The notes below the pieces were generated by a model. It saw nothing but the letters and a program-made list of their open reading frames with translations, was not told where the DNA came from and ran no database searches. 64,000 bases of DNA, from positions 1 through 64,000 of IMG/VR virus record IMGVR_UViG_3300035698_008372; one strand, written 5' to 3'. Numbering within the stretch: the stretch's first letter is position 1; every line of letters starts with the position of its first letter. The DNA comes from a virus. A program made the translations under genes and the position numbers. Below are positions 1 to 12,217 of this stretch, piece after piece.

Positions 1-3000
1 AAAAAATTGGACAAAATAAAATTATCAGCGATGAACCAAGCACGAGCTAAAAAAGGGAATGTCAGTGCTAAGCAAAAAGCGATGGCAACTAAATTTAAAT
101 TCCAAGAGGATATTACAGAATCCCCAGATGATGTTATGGGAAATGCGTTCTACTTGAGATTTCATCATAGTGACGCGCGTGCATTCGGTTGGCAAAGAAA
201 TGGTGATCATGAAGGTGATGCCCTAGTTGGAGAAGAAAATGGAAAAACTCATGGTAGCATAATAGATCATGATGGTCACAGGGTTGGGAGTAGGAGCAAT
301 TTGCATTATGCCGGAAGATTGTGGACTTCACAAAAGATTATATCATTTTGGGATTATCCAAAAGCATCCGATTTGCCTAAGATGATTAAACAACTCAATA
401 AAGAATTGAAACAATATAATGAAAAGATTGACATCAATACTTGGGGCGTCGACGTTGTTGCCGATTCAAAAGGCAAATGGGCCAAAAAAATTAAAGGTGA
501 TGTAAATTTCAAAAATGATCGCTGGAATATATGGGACACTACTACTGTTATTATTCCATTGAAAAAATTCGCTGGCAGTGAAAAACGGACTGCAGAGGAA
601 ATGGGCAAATCACATTTATTGTCTCCATTACTGAAAAAGATAAGTGCGGCCAAAAAAGAGAAATTAAAGGCTATGGATAGTGCCCGATCCAAAAAGGGGC
701 ACACTTCCGCCAAACAAAAAGCCATGATGACCAAATTCAAATTTAGTGAAGATATCACTGAATCTCCGGACAAAGTAGCAATCAGTGATAATGGCACGGT
801 GACTCACCGAGACAATGAAGCTTATTCGTTTGCTCCCGGTGGAAATGATTTAAAAACGATGTTTATTAGTGACAAAGGCAGTAGTCATTCGAGTATGATT
901 GTACAGTATCCTGGTGTGGGATTCAATTGGGAATATTCGGGTAGGGTATGGATAAAACATAAGATAATAGCATTTTGGTATGTTCCAAATAAAAATAAAT
1001 TGAAAACCCAATTAAAATATATAAACAAAGCGTTAAAAGAGGTGACAGGGGTTCAAATTAATGACGATTGGCTGATCGAACTCAAGGGGGATTATTTCAA
1101 AAAAAATCCCGATAGGTTAGAACTCGCTCCATATTTTGAAGAACATGGGTATGGATTATTGCCGATTAAATATTACACAGGACAACCACCAAAGCACGAT
1201 TCCAAAGCGTATCAACAACATCAAGCTTCACCGATGAAGAAAAAGGTTAATAAGGCCAAATTGTCGGCTATGGGAAACGCTCGTATGAAAAAGGGTGGAA
1301 CTACCGCCAAGCAGAAAGCTATGGCAACTAAATTCAAATTTTCAGAAGATAAATTAAATGAGGGCAGGGTATTTAAATCGGCTGGTATAGTACCATATAT
1401 CAAAAAGGGTGGTGAAATATACTATTTATTGTTGCATAGTGGCCGCTTGTGGGGATTCCCTAAAGGTATGCTAGATAAGGGTGAGGACTCTGTTGCTACC
1501 GCAAAAAGGGAAACCAAAGAGGAAACTGGAATATCCATATCCAAAATTGATAGTGGATGGAAGGCGGCTCAGAAATTTTTCGTCAATGTTGATTATTCGA
1601 CTGGTGAGAAATTGGACAAGCCTGCCCCCAAATTTGTTGTTTATTTCTTGGGAGAATCACCAACTGAAAAAGTTAAGTTGTCATTCGAACATACGAAATA
1701 TAAATGGGTGAAATATGAAGAAGGCCTTAAATTATTAAAGTTCGGCAAGGATATACTTAAAAAAGCAAACGAGCATTTGATTAAAAATGAGATACGTGAA
1801 AGTGTTAAATTGAATGATGAAATAATTGGAAGATTTATAGAAGAAACGGATATCGTGGCAATAATTAAAGAGGCTAGTATTAATTCCAGGGCCCCAACTG
1901 ATGATGGCCCTCCAATTTTTTACAAGACATTCGCTGAATACAAAAGGGTATCCAAGAAATGGTTGAATTCCATGTTCCAAGAAACAGGTTGGGAAGTCAT
2001 GGATTACATATTGTCTCATGGTGCGGAAGACCCTGAAAATGATTTTACAATGGAATACAGTACGGTTCCTGCTGTTGCTTACGGAAAAACTGGTGATGGT
2101 GAGGGTTACCCAGACCCAGTTGGCAGGTATAAAAAACACTTCGCTAAGATGAATCGGGAACTTGGTTGGGAAATTATCAAGTGGATGGGAATTGATGGTA
2201 AAAAAGTTACGGGTGTTGGTGCGAAAGCTCCAGTCGCTGCAGGTGCCAAGGATGGTACTGAAAATTCGGATAGAATGGAAAAGGATAAAGAAATGAATGA
2301 AAATTTATTTACACAGGAATGGTGAAAAGCTGAATTTCTTCGTGGAGAATTGTTACAAGAAGGAGGAGCCTACGGACACATGGCTCACCCATTTGATAAC
2401 AGAGATTTGACTTTCGGGGATTTGAAAAAAATTATAGAATTGGGCTTGGGTGGACAACTAAATCGTGAGGATAATGTCAGTGAAAAACTGGATGGCCAGA
2501 ACCTTATGTTATCATGGAAAAATGGTAAACTAATCGCTGCTAGAAATAAGGGTCATATCAAAAATGCTGGAAAAACGGCATTAGATACAAAGGGTATGAT
2601 TGCCAAATTTAAAGGTAGGGGTGAGATATACAAAGCATTCGTATATGCCATGAAAGACTTGGGCAAAGCCATTGGTCAATTGTCGGATAAACAAAGGGAC
2701 AAGGTGTTCGATGAGGGTAAAAACTTTATGAATCTTGAAATCATGTGACCTGGATCTGCTAATGTGGTGGATTATGACTTGGCACAGATTATATTCCATG
2801 GGGCATTGAAATATGATGCCGCTGGTACTCCAATAGGTGAGGTTCCCGGTAGTGGTAGGATATTGGCTGGAATGATTAAACAGGTCAATCAAAGTGTTCA
2901 AAAACATTATAAGATAGAACAACCCATATTCTTGGATATTCCAAAGCATCAAGATTTTGGCAAGTTAAAGAAGAAATTCTCGGCCAGATTGGATAAACTA

Positions 3001-3585
3001 AAGAGTGAATTTGCACTTGGCGACAAAGCCACATTGGCGATGTATCATCAAGAATGGTGGAAATCATTTATAGTCAAACAAGCGGCAAAAATGAAAGCTA
3101 AAAATATCGGTGGTGCATTAGAGGGGTTGATCAGGAGATGGGGATTTTTTGAGAAATCATATAGTGTGGCGATGATGAAAGCAGATTTAAAGAATAATCC
3201 AGAATTTTTAGAATGGGCGTTAGCATTTGATAAGAATGACCACGCGGCTCAGGTTAAGGAAAATATGCTTCCATTCGAAACATTGTTTTTTGAGGTCGGT
3301 GCAACTATACTGAAAAATGTAAGTGGATATCTAGCCGTAAATCCAGATAAATCCGTACAGAACATGAAGGATGAATTTGAAAAGGCTGTTAAGGAAATTG
3401 AAAAAAAGGGTGATCCTAAAAACTTGAAACGATTGCATACACAATTAAAAAGATTGGATGCTATCGGGGGGTTGGATGCGGTTGTACCAACTGAGGGCAT
3501 TGTATTTAAGTATAATGGGCAGATATACAAGTTCACGGGTTCATTCGCTAGCATAAATCAAATTATGGGTCTATTGACTTTCTAG
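1..3585 (+). CDS. Large multidomain protein, 5' end outside window, 2 in-frame TGA (2323, 2746): tandem ~215-aa modules, Nudix hydrolase domain, C-terminal KxDG-motif domain
   Basis: ORFs 7..2325, 2350..2748 and 2764..3585 are in one frame separated only by TGA (QEW*KAEF; EIM*PGSAN). Nudix box GMLDKGEDSVATAKRETKEETG; GGAYGHMAHPFD...EKLDGQN. Confidence 0.75.
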
Positions 3586-3596
3586 GAGAAAAACGT

Positions 3597-3754
3597 ATGA
3601 AACTGTCCGATTTGAGGCGTTTAAAAATAAGAAAGTAATTGAAATAGATGTGTTCCATAAAGATTATGGTACTATTTATAAGAAACTAAGTGCAAGTGAT
3701 AAACGCACTGTGGACGCGGCGATAGGCGGTCCTGGTGAAAAAGGAGCATACTAA
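3597..3754 (+). pseudogene. Small frameshifted ORF (MKLSDL start, body in the -1 frame)
   Basis: AGGAG then ATG at 3597; this frame stops after 13 codons, but the -1 frame from 3614 is open to TAA 3754, abutting the next start at 3756. Confidence 0.4.
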
Positions 3755-3755
3755 A

Positions 3756-4016
3756 ATGAAAAAATCAGAATTAAGACAAATGATAAGAGAAGAAATTTTG
3801 AAGGAAACTGGCACAGATAAAAATTTGCTGGGTGGTATTGATAAAGGAATTCGACCCAAAGTGGCCGAAAAAGTATTTGCGGCCATGGCAAAACAAGACA
3901 AAAAATATGATAAAATGAATAGTTCGTGAAAAGAATTACTAAAATCCAACAACGATTTTTGAAAAGAATGGCAAAAATTTAGAAATGATGCAAAAGATTT
4001 TGCTGAAAACATGTAA
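3756..4016 (+). CDS. MKKSELRQ-leader protein (putative internal head protein), 2 in-frame TGA
   Basis: AAGGAG SD; MKKSELRQMIREEILKE; TGA at 3927 and 3960 read through to TAA 4016. Confidence 0.7.
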
Positions 4017-4050
4017 ATAAAAAAGGTGCATGGCATTTGGGAGAAAAATA

Positions 4051-4284
4051 ATGAAATTGACTGATTTAATGATAACGGAAGAATTAAGCCCTCATCAAAT
4101 TAGAAAGCTTAAATCTGAATACGATAAAATGATTAAAGAAATTGAGAAACAAGAATCTAAGATTAAAACTCAATGGAAGCAATATGGATTGAATGATAAA
4201 TTTATAAGAAATTTGAATGCTGCTTGGTATGAGATTTGGGATGAAATAGATGAAATCCGGATATTGTTAGATAAGGTAAAATAA
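4051..4284 (+). CDS. Hypothetical protein (MKLTDLMITE leader)
   Basis: GGGAG SD before ATG 4051; ORF track. Confidence 0.65.
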   Translation: MKLTDLMITEELSPHQIRKLKSEYDKMIKEIEKQESKIKTQWKQYGLNDKFIRNLNAAWYEIWDEIDEIRILLDKVK

Positions 4285-4299
4285 ACAAAAGAGGTTAAT

Positions 4300-4857
4300 A
4301 TGAACAGAGAAAATAAGGCCATGAAGGATATTCTGGCAGGTAGAAATCCAGACAAGAAAATACAAGTATCAATGTGGAATCCAGATAAGGATGAAACCAT
4401 TATTAAAGAACGCGAGAAAACTGCTAAAGAAAAGACTGATCGTGATGAAAAATCGGAAATTTTAAGGGCGGCTAGAATGCCAATGTTTTGCCCCGAATGT
4501 AAACACATAATGAATAAAACGGCCGATAAGAAATTTTTCAATCTTACTGGTAAATGTATGGATTGTGTGGTAACTGAAGAGAATAGACACAGGATTGATG
4601 GGACATGGGATGTGTACGAAAAGACAAAGGTGCTTCAGAATAAGAGGTCATGGATAAACGAGCAGATTGCTAGTATAGTGGAATGGCGTAAGGGTGAGGA
4701 AGTGAAATTTCTCAATCAGATTAATCCAGATGGTCATTCAGTTGAAGAGGAAAAATGGGAAACCAACAAGGCTCAGATTGAAATGCTAGCAGATAAAGCT
4801 ACAAAAGAGTATAATGAGATGTTGGACTCAGTAAATAGCGAATTATCAGAACTTTAA
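4300..4857 (+). CDS. Hypothetical protein with CxxC...CxxC zinc ribbon
   Basis: CPEC...CMDC; GAGG SD. Confidence 0.75.
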   Translation: MNRENKAMKDILAGRNPDKKIQVSMWNPDKDETIIKEREKTAKEKTDRDEKSEILRAARMPMFCPECKHIMNKTADKKFFNLTGKCMDCVVTEENRHRIDGTWDVYEKTKVLQNKRSWINEQIASIVEWRKGEEVKFLNQINPDGHSVEEEKWETNKAQIEMLADKATKEYNEMLDSVNSELSEL

Positions 4858-4915
4858 TATTTATAAGTGAACAAGTGTATATAGGAGAAATTTAGTGAAA
4901 AAATCAGAAACCATA

Positions 4916-5167
4916 ATGAAGAAATCAGAATTAAGACAGATTATACGAGAAGAAATCCAGAAATTGAATGAAGCCCGACCAATTAATATTGAAATTTGAT
5001 ATGACAATCCGAATGAAGAAAAATTTATTAAATCCAATGTTAAAAAATTTGGTGGTAAAATAATTAAACCATCTGGTGATCAAATTTCAACCATTTGGGA
5101 TGGGGATGGATATGAGTTTTCCAAATTGATGAAAAAGCATAAATTGAAAATTTATAGGTGGTATTAA
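4916..5167 (+). CDS. MKKSELRQ-leader protein, 1 in-frame TGA (absent from ORF track)
   Basis: MKKSELRQIIREEIQKLNE-ARPINIEI*YDNP; TGA 4997; TAA 5167. Alternative GTG start at 4895 has AGGAG SD. Confidence 0.7.
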
Positions 5168-5189
5168 TATTAAATTGAAGGAAAAGTAA

Positions 5190-5474
5190 ATGAAAAAATC
5201 AGAATTAAGACAAATTATTAGGGAAGAAATTCAGAAATTGAATGAGGCTGCACCAGTGCATGCCGATTTTGGTAAATATCTTGGTGATCTTACTGACAGT
5301 AAAACTATTTGGTTGTACCCAAAAAAGGGCGCATACGATTTCAAAAAAGAAATTGTGATACTAAAAAAGGCTTTTGGTAAAGCAAAAGTAACACCACATG
5401 AAATGGATTCAGTGGAGCTGGTATTTTCTAAGCCAATCCCAAGTCCAAAAGAGTGGGCGAACGCACTAAAATAA
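5190..5474 (+). CDS. MKKSELRQ-leader protein
   Basis: MKKSELRQIIREEIQKLNE leader. Confidence 0.75.
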   Translation: MKKSELRQIIREEIQKLNEAAPVHADFGKYLGDLTDSKTIWLYPKKGAYDFKKEIVILKKAFGKAKVTPHEMDSVELVFSKPIPSPKEWANALK

Positions 5475-5486
5475 GTGGAGAAAAAC

Positions 5487-5822
5487 GTGAAACTAATAGA
5501 CATGTTGAACAAAGACGGGAAAGTTTATTCTGTTAAAAAACTGGATGAACAGATGGAAATTGGTGATATCACATTCGATGTGGGTAAGGTGTATAATTTT
5601 GGAGACGGATTCAAATCAGTAAATGAAGAGGATATCCGACCAAAAAATGAAGAAAAAGAATACCCAAAGCCCATTAAGAAAATATTCAATAAATTTGGGA
5701 TTCCCCCTAAGGCACATAGTCCAATTTTGACTATGTTGGCGTATATAGAGAAGAATCCAGACGCATTAAAGACTATATTAAAATCAGCGGGCATGACCGA
5801 AAATAAAAAGGGCGAAAATTAA
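5487..5822 (+). CDS. Hypothetical protein
   Basis: GGAG SD before GTG 5487; TAATG coupling to the next gene. Confidence 0.65.
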   Translation: MKLIDMLNKDGKVYSVKKLDEQMEIGDITFDVGKVYNFGDGFKSVNEEDIRPKNEEKEYPKPIKKIFNKFGIPPKAHSPILTMLAYIEKNPDALKTILKSAGMTENKKGEN

Positions 5823-6136
5823 TGAATAAGATATTTACATATATATGGAAGGGAATACTGGCGTTGGCTAGTATTGCATCCATATTCTTTGCTTTGAAGA
5901 ATAAAGAAATTAGGGATTTGAGCAAGGTTATCAAAGATAATAAGAAAAAAGAAAAAGAAGTCAAAAAGGAAATTGCCCAATTGGAGAATAATAAGCAGGC
6001 CAATAAAAAGGAAATCGAAAAGCTCAAGGGTGATTTGGACAATACTAAAAAAGAAATAGAAGAAATGGAAACTGTATATAAAAGCGATGATGTAGACGCT
6101 GCAGTTAAATTTCTCAAGGATTTTGCTAATGGTTAG
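5822..6136 (+). CDS. N-terminal TM plus coiled-coil protein (possible i-spanin-like)
   Basis: Hydrophobic ILALASIASIFFAL followed by a K/E-rich coiled coil. Confidence 0.5.
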   Translation: MNKIFTYIWKGILALASIASIFFALKNKEIRDLSKVIKDNKKKEKEVKKEIAQLENNKQANKKEIEKLKGDLDNTKKEIEEMETVYKSDDVDAAVKFLKDFANG

Positions 6137-6482
6137 ATGGATTATGATAATACTGATAGTATTATTGTCATGTGGATTTGGACAACATTCATTTACGGAT
6201 GAAGAAGTATTAAATATTGCCAATAAGGTGACTGAATTGCAACGGCAGGACAGTTTAAAGACAGTAGCTATGGTGACACAGGGTATGATTATAAAGAAAT
6301 TGGAATTCCAAGCGGAAATGGATTCTTCGATTATTGCGTCCAAAGATAAGAATATAGAAATTTTAGAAGAACGAGTAGAATTGGTTAAACCCAAATGGTG
6401 GCAGAATCCGAAGATTGCTTATGTCGGTGGAATGGCCACAGTATGATTTACATTATGGGCTAACGGGCAAATAGTGGGATAA
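6129..6482 (+). CDS. Membrane protein with signal peptide/lipobox-like LLSC and hydrophobic C-terminus, 1 in-frame TGA
   Basis: TGA 6444 read-through gives IAYVGGMATV(W)FTLWANGQIVG and ends just before the terminase start. Confidence 0.55.
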
Positions 6483-6483
6483 T

Positions 6484-8070
6484 ATGATGAATGAAGCACA
6501 AAAACTAAAAGAGGCGATGAAGAAAGAGTACATTAAGTGTGCTGTTGATCCCACGTACTTTATGAGAAAATACTGCATCATTCAGCATCCGCAACGTGGT
6601 AAGGTAAATTTTAACCTTTATGATTTTCAGGCCGATACTCTAGAAAAAATAGTAAGCAATAATTACACTGTAATTCTCAAAGCTAGACAACTGGGATTAT
6701 CCACATTAACTGCCGGATATGCCCTTTGACTAATGACATTCAATACGGATAAGGATATTTTGGTTATCGCTACGAAACAGGATAAGGCCAAAAACTTGGT
6801 AACAAAAGTAAGGGTTATGCATGCAAATTTACCAAATTGATTAAAATCCACCTGTACGGAGGATAACAGACTTTCAATGAGTTATAAGAATGGCTCAAGA
6901 ATTAAAGCAGATACATCATCCCCAGACGCTGCACGATCAGAATCACTATCATTATTGATTCTCGATGAAGCGGCATTCATCCCAAAAATTAACGATATAT
7001 GGACAGCAGCTCAACAGACATTAAGTACTGGTGGCCGCTGTATTGCATTGAGTACACCAAATGGTGCTACTGGATGGTTTCACGATATATGGGTTGGTGC
7101 GGAGAATAAGGTTAATTCATTTTTTCCAATATATCTTCACTGGACGGTACACCCAGAACGTGATCAAGTATGGCGTGACAAGCAATCTTTGGATTTGGGC
7201 CCAGAATTGGCCGCCCAGGAATGCGATTGTTCGTTTATCACTTCTGGAAAATCGGTAGTCCCCGGTCCAATTATTCAATGGTATTTGGATAATTTAAAGG
7301 AAGAACCCATCGCACGAGAAGGTCTTGACGGTAACTATTGAAAATGGAAATATCCTGAAATTGGAGCATCCTATGTGGTTTCGGCAGACGTGGCACGTGG
7401 CGATGGTAAGGATTATTCCGCATTTCATGTAATTAATATTGACACATTGGAACAAGTGGCTGAGTATCAGGGGAAAGTCGATACTAAAGCATTTGGAGAT
7501 TTATGTGTAAATGTGGCTACAGAATATAATGACGCACTGTTAATTATTGAAAATGCCAATATTGGTTGGGGTTCGATTCAACAGGTTGTTGACAGGGATT
7601 ATAAGAATTTATTTTACGCCACATCGGACTTGAAATATGTGGATGTAAAATCACAGATGACAAACAAATATTATAGAGACGATCGAAAAATGGTGGCAGG
7701 GTTTTCAACTACTAGCAGAACCAGACCAATGATCGTGGAAAAACTGGTGGAATATTTTAGAGATAAAACCGCAATAGTACATTCCAATAGACTAATAAAT
7801 GAGTTATTTTCATTTGTATATGGTCCTGCTTCGGCCGCACAGGCCGATTATGGTGCTAATGACGATTTAGTAATGAGTTTCGCGATAGCCCTATGGGTAC
7901 GTGATACTGCAATTCGTCTAAGAACTGAGGGAATGACTCAGCAGAAAAATTTAATGAAGCAAATGGTGGATTATCAACCAGTTTATAGCGAAAGTAGTAA
8001 TAAAAATGATTCATGGAATTGGGACGACTCACATGGGAATAATGTTGGGTTGGACTGGTTGCTGGATTAA
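6484..8070 (+). CDS. terL: Terminase large subunit (gp17-like), 3 in-frame TGA (6727, 6838, 7339)
   Basis: KARQLGLST Walker A variant, LILDEAAF Walker B, STPNG, ADVARGDGKDYS, DDLVMS; three track ORFs join in frame. Confidence 0.95.
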
Positions 8071-8087
8071 AAGAGACGAGGTAAAGA

Positions 8088-11000
8088 ATGGCTGAAGGTA
8101 AATTAGCACGGAATTTAAAAAGATTATTTTCTGGAACCGTTATTGTTCGCAATATTGGTGGTAGAAAATTAAAGGTTGTGGACACGGACAATGTCCAATC
8201 TACTGTGAATAGAAATTTCATGGATAGATATACTAGATTGTACTCATCAATGGGTGGGTCAACTGGTCGTGCTATACAATTCTATCAAGCTGGGCAGAGA
8301 ATGGCCCTTTTCAAAGATTACGAACAAATGGATGCGGATGCTATTATCTCATCCGCACTAGACATTTATGCAGATGAATGTTTGGCAGGCGATACCATAA
8401 TTCCATTATTGGATGGTCAAAAATTGACTTTAAAAGAAATGTTTGATAATAATATGACCGATTTTTGGTTGTATGGTATTGACGATGGTGGAAATTTTAA
8501 ACCGTCTATGGGTAGATTTGTGGCATATAAGGGAAAATCCGATGTTTATAAAATAACATTGGAAGATGGTACGATATTGAAATCCACTGGAAATCATAGG
8601 TGATTGGATTCAAATAATAAATTGAAATATACTGAAAATTTTAAAGTCGGGGATGGAATTTATGCTCTTTCTACTAAAATAAGTGAACATAAAAATATGC
8701 CTGGATATGAAATGATAAAAAATGGAGAAAATTTCGAATTTGTTCATCGGATGGTTGCTAAAAATAATAAAATTTTATTGGAAGAACGAAAGCATAAAAC
8801 GGATAAGGCTGTAATACACCATAGTTCATTTGATAAGAGAAATAATTCTCCGGAACATTTAATTTGGCTTAATTCCAAAGAGCATTGGCAAATGCATGCT
8901 GATTTTAACAAACAATTGTGGTCAGATGATACCAAAACTCATGCATATAAAGACAAAATTAAGGAAGCACATGAGGCATATTGAACACCCGAACTTAAAC
9001 ATCAAGTAGCTATACGCCAGTCTAAATTTATGAAAGACTGAATGTCGAAAACTACTGACAATGAAAGAAAAGTTTTATTTGGGAATTATGGTGAAAAAAA
9101 TGGAATGTATGGCAACGGCGAATTGTTGTCTGGTAATAAAAATGGTAGATGAATATCATCAATGAATAGAATTAGTAAGTATGATTTAAATACACTAGTT
9201 GATTTATTAATGAAAGAGTATACTGGTGGTAAAAATAGCAGTGCTAGAAATATTTTATCTAATCACTACGATTTTAATCGTTCGGAATTTTTAAAATTTT
9301 CCAAAATGGTATGTGAATATTATGGAATATCAAATTTAAAATCATTACCACGTGAATATTATTTTGAGAAAAATAAACATTTATTATCTGACATGAGATT
9401 AAAAATATCCAAATTCAATAAAAATCCAAAGCGAAATTTTAATTTATTGTGCAATAATATAGGGACTACTAAAATAGAGTTTAATCATATATTAAATAAA
9501 GCTGGATATCATTCTTTTGGTGATTTTGCGGATTCTTCTAATCATAAAATTATATCTATTGAGAAATTGCCTGAATTGGAAGATGTATATGATATTATTG
9601 ATGTGGATGATACTAACATTTATGCGATTGAATCGGTCGATGGATCGAAAATATATACTCACAATTCTACAATGAAATCCGAATATGGTGATGTTATTGA
9701 GATTACCGCTGAAGATGAGGGTGTAAGGGAAGTATTACATAACTTGTATTATGACATTTTGAATGTTGAATTCAACTTGTGGCCATGAGTTAGAAATATG
9801 TGTAAGTATGGGGATTTCTTCCTGCATTTACAGATAGATGACAATTATGGTATATACAATGTTATTCCAATGTCGGCCTATGATGTGGTTAGACTTGAAG
9901 GATTAGACCCAGCAAAACCAAATGAGGTTAAATTTCAATTGGGCGAGGGTGAAACCAGACACATGGCTAAGGGTAATGATGAAACCGAGATGCTGGAAGA
10001 TTATGAGGTTGCACACTTTAGACTACATTCAGATTCAAACTATTTGCCATACGGTAAAAGTATGATTGAAGGTGGCCGTAAAACGTGGAAACAACTAACA
10101 CTAATGGAAGATGCCATGCTGATTCACAGAATCATGAGGGCCCCTGAAAAGAGAGTATTCAAATTGGATATTGGTAATATTGCTCCAAATGAGGTTGAAC
10201 CATTCATGAAATCGGTTATTTCCAAAATGAAAAAAACCCCAGTTATGGATGAACAGACTGGTGAATATAATTTAAGATACAACATGCAGAATCTCACTGA
10301 GGACTTTTTCCTTCCAGTGCGTGGTTCTGATAGTGGAACTGAGATTGACACATTATCTGGGTTGTCTTATGAGTCCACCGATGATATAGAATATTTGAAG
10401 AACAAAATGATGGCGGCTTTGAAAGTACCTAGGGCATTCTTGGGATACGATGAGGCTCTAAACAGTAAATCAACATTGGCAGCAGAAGATGTGAGATTTG
10501 CAAAAACAATCGAGCGAATCCAAAAGGTGATAGTTGACGTTTTGATGAAAATTGGTGTGGTTCACCTTTATACTCAAGGGTATAGGGATGAGAGAATGCT
10601 TAATTTTGATCTTAGCTTAACTAACTCGTCTATCATGTTTGAAGAGGAACGGTTGGAATTATTGAACAACAAAATTTCAGCGGCTAGTTCACTTCTACAG
10701 GACGATTTGGCACCTACAGATTGGATATATAATAATATCTTCAAATTCGGAAAAGCCGAACAAGAACAAATCAGACTGGAACTATTAAAAGACAAAAAAC
10801 GCAAGTTCCGTTATCAACAGATTGAAGATGAGGGAAATGATCCATTGAAATCTGGTGAAGCTGTTGGTACACAAGGTGCCATGATGGCCGCCGGCGGGGA
10901 AGAGGGCGGCGGACCCCCACATCCAGTTCCAGGTGGCGCACAGGAAGAAAATTATGGTGATTATGGAGAAGATAATGAAGCTCCTGCAGGTGGCCATCCA

Positions 11001-11264
11001 GGTGGTGGCCGACCTAAAGAAGGGCCTAAGTATGGTAAGGATAGTTCCGCTACCGGCCGTGATCCACTAGGAAAACATGACATGAAAAAGGCCAGTAGCA
11101 ATAGTCCTAAATACGGAAAAACTTTATCACTCTCACATTACGCGTCTTTAAAGACAAGATTGGGTGAAAAGTTCGTAGAAAAGAATCAAAAAATATTAAA
11201 AGAATCTGATGATATAGAAAAAGAATATAAAGATGATATTTCTAGCTCAGAGGACGCTGAATAA
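8088..11264 (+). CDS. Portal protein (gp20-like) with intein, 5 in-frame TGA (8601, 8982, 9039, 9150, 9786)
   Basis: IISSALDIYADE, KYGDFFL, LMEDAMLIHRIMRAPEKRVF, EDFFLPVRG, DIEYLK..LKVP; single frame with TGA read-through. Confidence 0.95.
8379..9665 (+). mobile_element. Intein (429 aa) with HNH homing endonuclease in the portal gene
   Basis: ADE|CLAGDT N-terminus, block B STGNHR, block F DVYDI, C-terminal THN|S; VHRMVA...IHH...DKRNNSPEHL HNH; GEKNGMYG NUMOD3-like motif. Confidence 0.92.
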
Positions 11265-11338
11265 GCACCGATTTTAGGAAGTTTTAATATTTATATATAA
11301 GATAAATTGCATAGAATTTATTAATATGGAGTGAAAAT

Positions 11339-12217
11339 ATGAGTAAAAATTTGCGACACAGCAAGATTAAGAACACTGGGATTTTATTTGAACTATTATC
11401 AAGACAGATAACAGTGGATGTTCTTAACAATAGGAAGAATTCTTCCGCCATAGATATTATTAAGAAGTATTTTAATGAGAATACGGAACTCGGAAGAGAG
11501 CAACAATTGTACCGTATATTGATTGGGGAAAATTACAATGTGGAATCTAAAGCGGATAAGTTGATTGAGGCGGTGATATCTTCACGCCAAAAAATCAAAA
11601 ATTCAAATTTGCACAACGAAAAATATAATCTCATTAAAGAGATCAAAGAGAATTACAGTGTAGATGAATTTTTCGCGGCCAGAATACCTAATTATAAAGT
11701 TTACGCGTCCATCTATAAATTATTTTTGTCTGAGACTTCAGGTGGTACATTCGATCCCGCCGAAGCTGTTAATAGCAGATTTACAATAATTGAACATATA
11801 ATTAGAAACCCAATTGCCAAAAAAGACAAGCAGGCTAAAATTGTTAGTGAGTATCAAAAGCAGGAAAAAGACTTGAGATTACTATCCTACCAAATTTTAG
11901 TTGACAAATTCAATGAACGCTATTCGGCGTTAGATTCCCATCAGAAAAAGTTGTTAAAGGAATATATTAATAATATTTCAAATACCAATAATTTGAGGGA
12001 ATATATCAATGTTGAATCTAAGAGAGTGACAAAGGAATTAAAATCATTGATTTCCAAGGTTGATGACGATATTACTCGTATCAAATTGAAGGAATCAATT
12101 GCTCAAGTCAGTAAGGTAACAACTGGCAAGCTTGTAAAAGATGATCAGGTAGTTAAGATGATGAGATATTATCAGTTAGTTAAAGAAATCAAGAAAACCA
12201 TCAAAGGAGATAAATAA
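11339..12217 (+). CDS. Head-module hypothetical protein
   Basis: 292-aa ORF downstream of TATTTATA and GGAG, between portal and protease. Confidence 0.75.
   Translation: MSKNLRHSKIKNTGILFELLSRQITVDVLNNRKNSSAIDIIKKYFNENTELGREQQLYRILIGENYNVESKADKLIEAVISSRQKIKNSNLHNEKYNLIKEIKENYSVDEFFAARIPNYKVYASIYKLFLSETSGGTFDPAEAVNSRFTIIEHIIRNPIAKKDKQAKIVSEYQKQEKDLRLLSYQILVDKFNERYSALDSHQKKLLKEYINNISNTNNLREYINVESKRVTKELKSLISKVDDDITRIKLKESIAQVSKVTTGKLVKDDQVVKMMRYYQLVKEIKKTIKGDK

Noticed and set aside
6484-11264. Terminase and portal as pseudogenes or intron-split genes
   Set aside because: All interruptions are single in-frame TGAs with no frameshifts or other stops; recoding explains them.
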